DNA of 64,000 nt from Eledone cirrhosa (GCA_964016885.1 OZ024743.1:46252001-46316000), one strand, 5' to 3'; positions 1 to 14,400 are shown, counted from the first letter of the stretch. Translations and numbers: made by a program. Notes: generated by a model from the letters alone, not told the origin.

Positions 1-167
1 ACATATACATATGTATGTGTATGTGTTTACATGCACATATATTTGTTTATATATATATACATATACGTGTATGTGTATGTGTATGTGTTTATATGTACAT
101 ATATATATATATATCGAGAGGGAAAGATGCATACATACATACACACACTTACATACATGCATACATA

Positions 168-612
168 CATGGTGGCTGCCAACTCGTTTTCGAGTACGGC
201 CACTATTTTATATCCATGGAGGAGAACCCCTACCGATGCGCTGAACGAGTGTGACTTTTTAGTCCAGCCAGCGACTTGAAAACTCTTGTACAAACACTAC
301 ACTTGTGACAATTATTGACACATGGTACCATGTGATAACAAGTGCAGAGAGATCTCCAGATATAAAGCAATGCCTGTGCCGTGAAGCTTTTATAGTGATC
401 AAAGGCACTGCACAAGGCCAGTCCCACTCTCTTAACCAAGATGATATTTACCAAAAAGAAGAATAAGTCAACATCATTGGATACCATCAGGGTTGCAGGT
501 GTTATATCAGAGTTTTCCTTCTGCTAGAATTCTGCCTTGACAAAGATTAAGGGGTCATCTCTCCCGGTGATTTTGGATGGCCATTGACTCTTAAGAGCTC
601 CTTTGCCCTTTG
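168..612 (-). mobile_element. Internally deleted (bipartite) non-autonomous RTE-clade element: 5'UTR segment fused to the last C2H2-finger codons, 3'UTR hairpin and (GTAT)n tail
   Basis: 365-612 aligns by eye with the RTE-type 5'UTR at 34795-35075. Minus-strand peptide CSVCTRVFKSLAGLKSHTRSAHR matches the RTE C-terminus at 33231-33300. The 3' end TGGCCGTACTCGAAAACGAGTTGGCAGCCACCATG(TATG)n resembles 34722-34760. Confidence 0.7.
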
Positions 613-711
613 ACATACATACATACATACATACATACATACATACATACATACATACATACATACATACATACATACATACATACATACATACATACAT
701 ACATACATACA

Positions 712-3700
712 ATGGCGACCGTTATGGTCAGTGTCCGATAATCGGACGTGTGTAATTACGGCTTACATGAAGGCAACATACCATATATTGGAAAAAGTTG
801 AGCTACATTACGCGGTAAGATTACATACAATAATTCTACATAAGTGTTTGAACTGTAAGTGTGTTGTAAAACACCTATTTATATGAACGATACACACACG
901 TATGAGATATGAACGATACATGCACTTTAACATATAAATGTAACGTTATTATATTACATTTGTACAGAAATATGCAAGTAACATTTTCGATTCAGAAACA
1001 AAAACATAAGTGTTTGAACTGTGAATATGTTGTAGAACATCTATTTATATGAATGATACATAAACTTTAACATATAAATACAGCGTTGTTATATTATATT
1101 ACATTCATAAAGAAATATACAGTACTAAGTAGCGGGTTTTTTTTGTTCTCGATTCAAACAATTCAAAAACAACGTTTAAAACACAGTTGTAGAATTAAAA
1201 ACTAACTGAAAAGAAATATTACCCAAGCTGTGTATAACTTTAAATTTGATTCTGACAGAACTTTGTCGAAACTTTTAAAGAAGATCATCGACTATTTTGA
1301 AAAATAAATACAAAATATTAGTGAATAGACGAACTCATGGCAAAACGTATAAGTCTCCTTCGACCAAATCGCAACTACAACCGTTGTATACAGTGGAGCT
1401 ACGAGCTTAACAAAGTATTATATGCAGCATACAAACAATCTGAACCCCAAAAGTTCGGTTTTATGCAAAGACTAAAAACTTTATGGAACTCTAAACACCC
1501 AGAATTAGACTTTTCTCCAAAGCATTTAAATGAACAGGCAAAACGTATCATTAGATGTAAATTGATACATCTAACGGAATTGAGTGATACTACAAATACA
1601 TCCCTTGTAGACAACCACCCCACCTCCACTGACAGACAAAAAGAATCGCCAGCTAAATCTAACAGTGAACAGCTCACCAACAATTTTGCTGAAATCCATC
1701 CCACTTCCACTGAAGAACAGCGAGAATGGTCAGCTAATTCTAGTAGTAATTGTCACCACATCAACAACGAGGCTGAAATTCATAACTCTACTGTACAAAC
1801 AGAACATCAAAAACTTGTGGACACCTTATAAGTGATATGGGATGATATGTTTCAAGAGATACACAGCCTTAATGTGAGTGACAGACCATACAACACCAGA
1901 ATCAGTAAAGAACCCACTAAATTGGAATTGGAAGCGGTGAACGAAATAGCTGACAATTATCTGAAGGCTATACGATCTAAAGGTGTAGAAACGACATTTG
2001 AAATGCTTAACATTTTTGTTATATGTTTCAGCTGTCACATTGCTATCATATAAAAAAAAACATCTAAAGCCACGCAATCAAGATAACAAACAGAAAGCCT
2101 GAACCAGCATGGATGCGAAATTTAAAAAGCAAAATTTTGTCGCTGAGACGAAGTATCTCACAAATCGCAGTCATTATGAAATGCAACATAGAGAGCAACT
2201 TCACTCGACACCAGCAAGACGTAAAAAAAAAATTAGAGAGACGATTTGGAGATACAAAATTTAAAACTTTAAACTCCAAATTACACCAGTTGAAACAACA
2301 ACTCACAGCTACAACAGAAAGACTAAAATATAAGTCAACAGCACATAAACGACAAGTGCTAAATAGATTGTTTGCCAGAGATCCTAAATCAGTTTATCGC
2401 AGCTTCGGTGCCAAAAGCTCAATCTCTGTAAATGACACCCCTTCAAAATAACAGGTTGAGAGCTACTGGAGATATGTATGGAAAACGGATGACGGATTCA
2501 ACAGACAAACTAAATGGCTAAAAGAACTGGAACAGGACTACAAAACAATATGACATAGATGGGTCAATACTGGAAACAGCTCTACAGAAAATGTCGAATA
2601 GGAAATCACCAGGCCCAGACCTCATAACAGGATACTGGTTGAAGAATTTCACTTTCTATCGGCAAGATCTCATACGGCTGTTTACAGAAACCATTAAAGG
2701 CACACAAGAACTGCCCAGATGGTTATCAACTGCCACTACTCTCCTCATTCCCAAAAATAGCCAAACCACCCTTGCTAAAAATTACCGCCCAATAGCCTGC
2801 CAAAACATCATGTATAAATTATATACTGGGTGCCTTAACCTGTTCTTACAGGATCACTGTGCTACCAACAACATTATAACACCTGAGCAAGCTGGTGGAA
2901 AGAGGGGGGTGCATAGATCACCTACTAACTAATAAAATGATTCAAGAAAAAACAACAAAGAATCGCAGAAACATGACTGTGGTGTGGCTGGACCATCAAA
3001 AAGCATTTGATAGTGTACCTCATGGGTGGATTATTAAGGCTTTACAGTTAGCCAAAGTCCCACAACCACTGGTAGCTGCTTTTGAACGTCTGACCAAGAA
3101 CTGGTACACCAATTTGATCCTTAGAGGTGAGAAGGAGCAAGTTAAGACTGATAAGATACATTACCAGAAGGGCATCTTTCAGGGTGATAGCTTGTCAGTG
3201 CTACTCTTCGTTCTCTCACTAAATCCACTATCTTACCTACTCAAGAAACAAGGTGGACAAAGAAGTGGGTCCAGAAGTATCTCCCATCTTTTCTTTGTTG
3301 ATGACCTGAAGTTGTATGGGCCAAATATCAATGACATGAAGAAAAAATTGGACCTCATTACACAATTTTCAACAGACATCAAAATGAAATTTGGTGAGTC
3401 CAAGTGTGCATATTTGGCAGTAAAACGTGGAAGAGCTGTGCCTTCCTCTAGAAATCTAGAGATGAACGGCCTGACAATACAACCTCTACAGTCAGTTGAC
3501 AACTATAGATATCTTGGACAGGATGAGAATGTCAGATATGATGGACCCATAAATAAGGAGAGAACCAGAACTGAATACCTCAGAAGAGTAAAGAAAATAT
3601 GGTCATCGGAACTGTCAGCGTACAACAACTACATTGCCCTCAATACTTATGCTGTGCCAATTCTAACGCCAACATTTGGCCTGCTGAACTGGTCATTGCA

Positions 3701-4882
3701 AGAACTAAGTGAGATGGATGTTAGAACTCGAAAACTTCTCAGTGTTACTGGGAACTTTAACATCAATGGTGATGTGGATAGGCTATACTTCTCACGCAAG
3801 GAACGTGGCCGGGGTCTAAAATCCATATTAACATCATATGAGACCCGGATAGTAACACTGAAGCAACATCTTCAACAGAGGAAAAAAGTTGGCATGAAGA
3901 AAAACATATCATTAGGATAGCCACTGATCTGGAGGAGAGATATGGAATAAAGCCTGATATAAATCTCTCACCCAGTGAAATCAGAAGATCCTATTCAATG
4001 TTCAAACAAGATGAAAAAATTGACCAATTTAGAGAAAAAGTTGTGCACGGATACTTGAGACGTAAAACACAGACCATAGAGGGGATAAACCACTCAAAAA
4101 GCCTGGCATGGAGTTCCGACAAGTTTATGACATCACACCTTGAGGGATATCTCTATGCAATACAGGAACAAGAACTCCCTACCAAATATCTGCTGCACAA
4201 AAGAGGAGGGCCATCAGCTGACAATAAATGCAGGCTATGTAAAAAAAAAAATCGAAGATGTAAGTCACATTGTTGCCAGCTGCGAAAGAATGTCATCTCG
4301 CTACTACCTCCCCATGAGACACGATGTGATAGCTAGAACCATCTGGAACGCACTTCGGAAAACAAAATTAAAAACAAACGAGGAAGAATATATTGAGACA
4401 GATGGCACTAAGGAATACTGGTGGAACCTGAAAATAAAAACTGCCACCAAATTAAAGCACAACCGGCCTGATATTGTTGTTTGAAACCACACATTGAAAA
4501 CGTGTTCTGTTGTGGAGATCAGCTGCCCACTTGATGTAAACGTTGTCAGAAAAATACAGGAGCAGGAGGACATCTACAGACCATTGATGAGGAGTTTACA
4601 AATCGAGTATCCAAGATACACCTTTAGCTTCTTACCCATCATTATTGGAGCTACGGGTTATATACCAACCCGCTTGGACCAATGTATAACTGAACTTGGA
4701 TTTGCGGACAAAGAGCGCAGCTCCCTAATTCATAGTCTACAAATGGCTGCGATAGCTGGCACCTTCAAAATTTGCAAAACATTCTTGCGATTCAAGGGAT
4801 GACAATTTCTTTTCTTTTACAACCTTGCCACCAGGAAGGTGGCCGGTCAAAAATATACTCGAAATTAAGAGAAAGAGATAAC
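712..4882 (+). mobile_element. R4/Dong-clade non-LTR retrotransposon (RT + CCHC + restriction-like endonuclease), near full length, disrupted by frameshifts and stops
   Basis: Collinear ORF pieces 1337-4802: N-terminal WSYELN..LW..KHP domain, KSPGPD, YRPIAC, WLDHQKAFDSVPH, GIFQGDSLS, FFVDDLKL, CRLC..HIVASC, RHD, HNRPDIVV, VVEISCP. Starts directly after (CATA)n at 613-711. Confidence 0.92.
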
Positions 4883-5219
4883 ATATACTCTACTTGTGTG
4901 TTTCATTGCGTGCATATTTCTGTTCTTTAGTCAGTAACCACTCGTTTCCGTACATATCATGTATTTTCTGTTATTCTGTGATATTTCAGTAGAATTTTAC
5001 TGGGATCGCTTTTAATTTGACAATGTTGGGTCCTCCGTTGATTTCAACGATGATTTTCACAGTCGTTCGACCATCGGACTCCTATATTTACGTGTCAGGG
5101 TTTCAGTATTCGAAAAATACGTGTACTCTTAACGTAAATTCTTGGTGAGATTCTGCGTGATACTGAGTGAAAATCTTGATTTAGGGGCACAATTTCTCCG
5201 ACGAGCTTTCAGAGTTTCC

Positions 5220-5798
5220 ATTTCTTTACATTTGACACAAAGGAGTTTATTTTACACTTTACTCTTGTCTAAATATTTCTTAACAGATGTCATTCAAACT
5301 TACTGTTCTGGTGCCAAGTTACTTCAATAGAACTTACTCCAACATATATCGCTTTTCTGCTAAATTACACACAATTCATCCTTAGAAAATAAAGAAATGC
5401 TATAAGCACAAACATGGCAGTGTGCTTAAAGTGTTCGCTTCGTAACTATGTTGTTTCAGGTTCAGTCCCATATCGTGGCACCTTTGACTGGGGCCTTCTA
5501 ATATAGCTTCCAGTTAACTAATGCCTTGTGGGCAAAAATTGGTAGACGTATGTGGGCAAAATTTGGTAGTTGTTACAGCTCACACCTATGCAGGTTTAGC
5601 TGGCCTCCTCCAATGTATATCTCGTTGGAGGTGTCTTGGGTGATTTAATGATAGGGTCCCCAGTCCTATCATCTCATTTCTACAGCTGAGTAAACTGGAG
5701 CAACGTTAAATAAAGTGTCTTGCTCAAGGAAACAACACATCACCCGGTCCGAGAATTGAACTCACAACCTTTCGATTGCAAACCCAATGCTCTAACCA
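5220..5798. repeat. About 580-bp dispersed duplication; second copy at 41183-41751
   Basis: Near-identical sequence from ATTTCTTTACATTTGACACAAAGG through an embedded CORE-SINE. Confidence 0.9.
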
Positions 5799-5800
5799 CT
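5572..5800 (-). mobile_element. tRNA-derived CORE-type SINE
   Basis: Reverse complement of the copy at 35691-35925; CORE-like TCCTTGAGCAAGACACTT...CAGCTGTAGAAATG. Confidence 0.8.
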
Positions 5801-6036
5801 GCGTCCACGTTATTAATTTACAGTGACCGTAGCTCTAGCAGTTGTCTGCGAATTGATAGAGCCGTTCAAGCATCGAATTAAAATGCTTCTTGTTATTTTA
5901 TCGGTTCTCTGCGCTCTGAATTCAAATCACACCGAGATCAACTTAGCTATTCATTCTTTTGGGGCAGATAAATAAAGTACCAGTCAAATACTGGGGTCGA
6001 GTTTGCTTCTCATTTTCATTCTTTCCTTATCTCCAA

Positions 6037-6250
6037 GGGCCGTGGATTGGCAGTATCGGTAGATGGTCGGACGCCATGCTTTGTAGCATAGAGTTACGGC
6101 CCTTTATGATCTGAGTTCAAATCCCGCCGAGGTTAAGTTTGCCTTTCATCCTTATGGGGTCGATAAAATAAAGTACCAGTCATGCACTGGGGTCAATTTA
6201 ATCGATTTCCCCTCCCCCAAAATTGCTGGCCTTGTGCCTATATGAGAAAC
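6037..6250 (+). mobile_element. tRNA-derived SINE with Meta/MESC-like central domain
   Basis: A-box TGGCAGTATCGG, B-box GAGTTCAAATCCC, central GCCTTTCATCCTTATGGGGTCGATAAAATAAAGTACCAG; many copies in the window. Confidence 0.85.
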
Positions 6251-6399
6251 CATTCTTTCCTTATCTCTCTCTTTCTCTCTGGAATAAATCAGCTGGAGAG
6301 GAGGGGGCCCCGCCAAGTTTAAATAACCAAGGAACGCTGTATGTTATGACAGCGCCCTTATGAATCTATCAGAGGTTAAGGACTCAAGGATAATGAAAT

Positions 6400-6880
6400 G
6401 TGATGTTATTCGTCCGTCGATAATCGATGAATACCATAAATTTGATTTCTTGATTGGTTAGGTTTGATGTGTCCATAGATAACCGGTGCATCCGATTCTG
6501 ACACCGAAATAATGGCCGTACATCAGGCACATAGGCTTTCTGACTTCATTTGGTGTGAAATGTACGCGGTCTTTGCGGAACTGTCGTTTGATTTCCGCTG
6601 TCTGTATGTGTCCCTCCTACTAACATTTTGCCCCTTTATACAGGTGAGCTATTAAGGCCTATTCTCAGGATTGGGTGTCAATACTCAGGATTTTCAGTCT
6701 TACCTTCAGACTACCCATGCAGTGTATTTTTTTCTGGTCACCAGTTTTCCTTTTCTTCCCAATAGCAAATTCACTGTTGAGGAGTTGCTTTGATAAGCGC
6801 ATTTTGTCCATGCGGATGACATGGCCTGCCAATCGTATTTGGTAGTTTTCCAGCAGGGTTTGTATTGGAGGCGGTTTCAT
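6400..6880 (-). mobile_element. Decayed 3' fragment of an RTE-clade LINE
   Basis: Peptide QIRLAGHVIRMDKMRLSKQLLNSE matches the RTE post-RT motif; same 3'UTR recurs at 11210-11330 (+). Confidence 0.7.
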
Positions 6881-7801
6881 CCAATTTGTTATAATTATAT
6901 GCACATGTATACAGGTTTATATTTAGAATAGATTCTTGTTTACACAACCAATTTGTCTATTATTATATTTGTGCCAAATGAAAAGTACACTCACCATGTT
7001 CTTTTATTTAGTATCTATAATATACATTTCAACAGTCATTCGGAATTTCAATCATCTGTGCAAAAACTAAAACAGAAAGAAATCACATTAAAGAACAAAT
7101 AAGATATTCTTATCATTATTTTTAAATATATTGTAGAATAAAACATTTTTTTTAAATTCGAATATTATTTATATCACAAACAAGATGATGGTGATGATGA
7201 TGATGATGGGTTAAAGTGAAAATAATGGCAATGACGATGACAATGGAGGTACTGGTGGTGATGGTGAGGAGGGGGGTTAAAAATGTTGATGATTATGTTG
7301 ACAACGATGTCGGCAATGGTGGTGGTGGTGGTGATGATGATGATTTTGTTATTATTATTAATCATATGAAAATGGGAAAGTGACTGAGAAAGGCCATGGT
7401 GAATGACAGCTTCATTCCCAAGGGAATATATTTCGTTTCCTTTCCCGGGGATGCAATATTTGTCTAGACATGAATAAAATTCGAAGTGTTTTGAATTTGG
7501 CAGAATATATTTATGAAAGATTATTTCAATTACGGTAAAAGTTTAGCTTATAAATTTCAGGATATAGAGAGATGCGTGGCTGTGTGGTTAAGAAGTTCTT
7601 TTGGCAACCATTTGGTTGGGTTTAATATATCCTCAGATAAACTAATACCTTGTGAAATTTGTTAGACGGAAAGTGTGCAGAACCCATTCGTATATATATA
7701 AGATGTCTGACTAAATACGCACGTGTGTTTTTTTTCTCATTTTTCCAGTTCCATCCTCTCATCGTTCTTTATTTTCTATTTATCTTTTATTTCTAACTCT
7801 A

Positions 7802-7837
7802 TCTTCTGATGAAGGACTAGTGTCCGAAATGTTATGA
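7802..7837 (+). ncRNA. Decayed minimal type I hammerhead ribozyme in a Penelope-like terminal stub
   Basis: CTGATGA-A-GGAC-TAGT-GTCC-GAAA-TGTTA; stems I and III degenerate. Confidence 0.55.
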
Positions 7838-7929
7838 CTCTCTTTATGCTAATTTAAGTGTTAAACTAATATATTTCTTCTATGTACTGTGCTGTTTGTT
7901 TTGTTATTTTTGTTATTACTTTTACATAC

Positions 7930-7980
<51 letters not shown>

Positions 7981-8019
7981 TGTGTATGTGTGTATGTGTG
8001 TGTGCGTGTGCGTGTGCGT

Positions 8020-8084
<65 letters not shown>

Positions 8085-9766
8085 GGAACTTAGTGATTCT
8101 GCAAATAGAGATTGATAAAATAAGACTTGAAAAAAAGAAGTTCTGGGGTCGATATGATCGACTAAATCTCCTCATGACGGTGCCCCAGCTTGGCCGCAGT
8201 CTAATAACTGAAACTAGTAAAAGAATGAAGGAATATAATCATGAGATAAATCACAGAAGGAAAGTAATTGAATTCAAATATATTTATTCATTTATTGACG
8301 AGACTTTCTGCTGAAAGCTTCGTCAAACACTTCGTTCGTATAATCGTAGGTTTTTCTCGGGGTTTTTTGTGGGGTGCTAAGTAATAACTTTATTCAACAG
8401 CGCAATAACTTTATTCAACGGTGGAGGGAGGGTTAAATAATGGAGGGCAAGGTGGGGGGACTCTACACACTAGTTTTGGCGGCGTGTCTCAGCTGCACTC
8501 GGCGGACAAATTGGTTAAAACATTGTTATACCGGCAAATTGATAGAACTGTCAGAGCCTCGGATTAAATGACTCGGTATTTGTTCCTACTTCCTACAGTC
8601 TGCGTTCAAGTCCCACTCTGGTCAACTTTGTCTTTCATTCTTTAGGGGCGGGGGATATCAATAAACAAAGCACCAGCTCATGGGAGATGGGTTAGCGGTA
8701 TTTGTTCTAATTCTGTGCATTCCGAATGCAAATCTAACCCTCCGGTTACATTTCTGCCAAGAGTTACATCAGTCAGAGTGTGTCTGCAATGAAAAAACTA
8801 GTTGAAACAACTTCATTCGTCCCATCAGTTCAGTGACAGTAGATTGGCCGAATTGGTAAAGCGTTTGATCGACTGCTTTGTGGTAAATATTCTGTCTGTG
8901 CCAGAGAAACACTAGAAACAACAAAACACACCGCATAACAAAGTCAAATAAATGCAGCATACAAACACAATTGGACTCCACTCAAAGAAGTTGTTACAGA
9001 CACACCTTACGGCACTGTAGAATGTTGCATATCATTGTTAAAAACATGATGACAATGGCAATAATATATCATTAGATATGAAACTATTTTGTCGTAAATT
9101 TACGATCATATTAACTGATATATAAAGTATCAATTAAAATATGTTCATACTATCAAAGTCATTATTTGTTACGTATATTTAAATAACCTTTATTAATGTT
9201 CGTCATCAAGTGCTGTGTATATTTACATAGAGTTGGAGTAAACATATAAATCTTTATTGAGTGGCAGAATCTTTGCGCTTATCTCCTATTCCCGGTGAGC
9301 GTGCTGTAATAGATACCACTCGCTGTAAGGTAATTCCAATGCAATGCCATTATCATTTCGAAGTTTAGCTCATTAGTGTGATGATTGTGTAAGAAAGACC
9401 GTTCATTTACCTTTCGTGGAATATTTATTTCAACATACTTCAGGAACAGATTCAATCAGACATTCAATCCATTCTATTTGAAGAAGGGTGAAGAGAGAAA
9501 TAAAGTCAATACTTTCGAATATCTTCTTATATAAGATTACCTTTGCACAAACTTAAAGGATGACAAAATGGCTGCTGTTTATTAACCTTCGTGTATAATA
9601 TATGCATAAAGTAATTATTCAACAATATCAACGTTAAAATACAAATCATTGTTTATAGATGGATATGTATTTTTACACATTTTTTTCCGTTTTCCACATT
9701 TCCCTTGTCGTCATTGCCAAGTTCATGGAGATATTTCTGGCCAGTATCCTGTTTCAGGTTGTCTAT

Positions 9767-11015
<1,249 letters not shown>

Positions 11016-11209
11016 TTGTCTATGTATGACATCCATCACGTTTTCTCACTTTGTGCCGTCAATTCTGTTGAAGAAACTTCTCCGCTTCCTCTTTAGAATA
11101 CCGTTTGCAATGTCCTGATGAAAGGAGTTAACATTCCCTTATTTTGATCTTCTTATCTAATTACGGGGGTGGGGGTTCTTCAAACAATATGTATGATGTA
11201 AAACAATAA

Positions 11210-11330
11210 AATGTCAGAATCGAACTCACAGTTATCTATGGACACGTCAAACCTAACCAATTATGAAATCAGATTTATGATATTCATCGATTATTGATGG
11301 ACAAATAAAACCACTTATATCATCATCTTT
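11210..11330 (+). mobile_element. 3'UTR stub of the RTE family seen at 6400-6880
   Basis: Similar to the reverse complement of about 6400-6505. Confidence 0.65.
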
Positions 11331-11924
11331 GAGCCCTTAACCTCTGATAAACTCATAGGGGGCGTTGTTGTCACATACGACGTTTCTTGTTTATTCAAAC
11401 TTGCAATTCAGCAGTCTGTTTCATAGTTTACAAACATTGAATTTGTCGAGATTTTCAGATGTTACATACTTTTGGGAGAGATATTTCCATGGGAGCATTA
11501 GTTTGTTATATATTTCTGCCACTTCCTATTACATTCATATTAAGAACCATTCAGAAAAAACTTTTCTTTTACTTTTTGTTTTCTGAATATATCTTATTCA
11601 CAGACGTATACAATGTACCATCTTTCAAACTGGAATTGTATTATTTATCTCGATCTGTCATATTCTACATCTGAAACGGCCCCAAAATGATAACATCAAC
11701 GTCATAATTCAAAATTTACTATTATATAAGATTTGCAATGTGTGACGTTGAAAACTTAGAATGTGATTAATATTAAAAATTGAAAAACTCTATATACAAT
11801 TGAAATAGATATCAGACCAGAAAAAAATTATGAAACGATCATATTTTCCGTTGTATAAAACGTATTTTTTTACCCCAAAATTTGATGTAAAATATCTACC
11901 TGCGTTTTATAATAATAATGATAT

Positions 11925-12126
11925 AGTCACAAGGCCAGCAATTTTGGGGGAGGGAAAAGTCGATTAAATCGACCCCAGTGCGTGACTGGTACTTTATTTT
12001 ATCGACCTCGTAGGGATGAAAGGCAAAGTTAACCTCGGCGGGATTTGAACTCAGATCATAAAGAGCCGTAACTCTATGCTGCAAAGCATGGCGTCCGACG
12101 CTGTAATGATACTGCCAATCCACCGT
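11925..12126 (-). mobile_element. Meta/MESC-type SINE
   Basis: Reverse complement of 6037-6250. Confidence 0.85.
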
Positions 12127-12154
12127 CCTTATAATAAAAATAACAATAATAATG

Positions 12155-14400
12155 GTTTCTTTATTAGCCACACAGGACTCACATTAAGAAAAAACCTAAA
12201 AAATGATAGAGGACGGCACGGGGCGGTACAATGTGGCTTTTTTTCATGTAAAAATTCGAAACAAAAGGAAATTCTCTCATAGGGAGAAATTTCCGAGGGC
12301 CACTCGTGAAGAAAGCCCACAAAACACCACGGACACCCTGAATGCTAGGGAACTCCCCCCTCCCAGTTGTCCTCTAATCTACAGATGCACACTCAGAGCA
12401 GGCCCATTTATTTCGGTTTTGTCATTCTCGCACACCTTTCAACAAACTGGTCGGAAGATAGCACTTCCCTCTCCACCCTGATTTTCCTCTTCATGTGAAA
12501 CCTGAAAATGTCTCTCAGAGTCTCAGTGAAGAGGAAAGTGCTTGTCTTCAACCCCTTCAAACGTGTACCCCCACACGACCTCTTTCACCATGCTCACTAG
12601 GTAGATAAAAACTGTCTGCCATTCCCGGCTGAAGAAAGGTGGCGAGGCAAGCTTCACGATAGATTCAGCTGATAGCCGGATCCGTCCCACAAATGCCAGC
12701 AGGTGTTCGACATAAACCCACAAGCCAGCAATATTCGGACACTCGACGAGTGTGTGCAGGACAATAGTTCTTTTTTTCAGTTTTTGGTGGTTTTCCACCC
12801 TTTCTCCTCATCACAATCCGGCTCCAGTTGTGCGAGGTCGGGGAAGGGCATGTCCTCCACAGGTGTTGTTGCTTGTGGCGTGGTGAATGGTGCTGGCGCT
12901 ACTGTTGCTTCTAGCATGATGGATGATAGTGGTGCTCTTGCTACTGTTGCTGCTGTTGGTGGTGGTAGTGAAGCCAGTATGGGAAGTGGTGAAGGCAGGA
13001 AATGTGGCCTTGATTTCTTTTACCAATTCCTAAGGGCAGAAGGCCTTTAGGTGGGTTTTGTCCCCATACACACGACACCTTGACATTCTACCCTCGACGG
13101 TCACAGTGAGGGGGCTGCCACCATCTAGGTCTATGTCATCTTGTTCAATATTTTTCTGGTCTTTTGGGATCAAGACCTCCATTCTTGATCCGGACCAGTT
13201 CTCCTGTTTGATTCTAATTACTTGCAGGATTCTGGTGTCATCCTCGATGTCGGCGAGGACATCAGCCATCAACAAGGGAATAGCTATTGCGGGCGGAACT
13301 TGGGTGACTCGCACTCTTACAAGTTTTGGACCGCAATAACTTGGGGCCAGAGTGAGCTCATCGTTCTTTAGTGGCGTCATGGAGTGTTTTCTGGCTTCCT
13401 GTGGGATGGTAAAGAACACGTCCACGGTTCCATATATTTTCCCACGAGCGATGTGAATCTTTTGAGTCCACACGGCTCCCAGAGCCTTTTGTACCTGGGA
13501 CTCCGAGACCCGCTATACCCGGTGTGTTTAGACGCTAATTGTATGGTATCATGTCGTACATAGCCGTCTGTGTTTCATGATGTCTGATGGAGGACTGAGG
13601 CTGATCCTGTGTACATTTTTCTTTACCATTTGTCTGTCTTCATCTATTTCCTCGTGGGTCACCGTAACCGTTTCATGTTTGTTTGAAGCTCTCGCAAAAG
13701 AGATCTTTGGTCTTGTGTTGCTGCTGCTGTTGCTGCTGCTGCTGTTGCTGCTGCCACTGTTGCTGCTACTCCTTCCACTGCTGCTGCTGTTGCTGCTGCC
13801 ACTGTCGCTGCTGTTGCTGCTGCTACCACTAATGCTGCCACTGATGCTGCTGCCACTGATGCTGCTGTCACTGATGCTCCTGCCACTGATTCTGCACCTG
13901 CTGCTGCTGCCACTGCTGCTGTTGCCACTCTTGCTGCTGTTGCCACTGTTGCTGCTGCCACTGCTGCTGTCACTGCTGCTGTTGCCACTCTTGCTGCTGC
14001 TACTGCTTCCATCACCGCTGCTGCTGCTACTATTGTTGGCGGCGTTACTACTGGCTCCAGTGTCGCTGCCGCTACTACTGTTTGAGCTACTGCTGCTGTT
14101 GTCTCTATATATATCTGTTATCTAGGAGTTTTTTTGCGGTTGTTGTTGTTGAGGTGGTCGGGGTGGCTGGGGGAGGGGGTGTATTTCTTTTTAGTTTCTT
14201 TGATAAGATTTTTTTGGGGGGGGGGGGGGAGATGAAGGTGTTAATTTCGGAAAATCCCATTCAAGAAATAAGCGAGCTTTGTTAGTGATACTGTCTTTAG
14301 CTGTGCTGCTGCTGCTACTGCTGCTGCTGCTGCTGCTGTTGGTGGAACAGTGGCTGTTTTGCTGTTCCAACGAACCGCTGTTCTCTTTTGCAGACGAAAT
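12155..14400 (-). mobile_element. Tx1/L1-clade derivative retaining a decayed ORF1 (Ser/Asn/Gly-rich N-terminus, degenerate zinc knuckle) and only the C-terminal tip of ORF2
   Basis: 13030-13473 ends CRVYGDKTHLKAFC (CCHC-like). 12523-12798 (HTLVECPNIAGLW..AESIVK..MVKEVVW) is homologous to 59991-60803. 3' end GTGGCTAATAAAGAAA is shared with the Tx1 copies. 5' boundary uncertain. Confidence 0.75.

Noticed and set aside
13577-14125. Poly-Leu ORF (+) and poly-Ala ORF (-)
   Set aside because: Alternative frames of the repeat inside the Tx1 ORF1; the Ser/Asn/Gly frame is the one continuous with the zinc-knuckle region.
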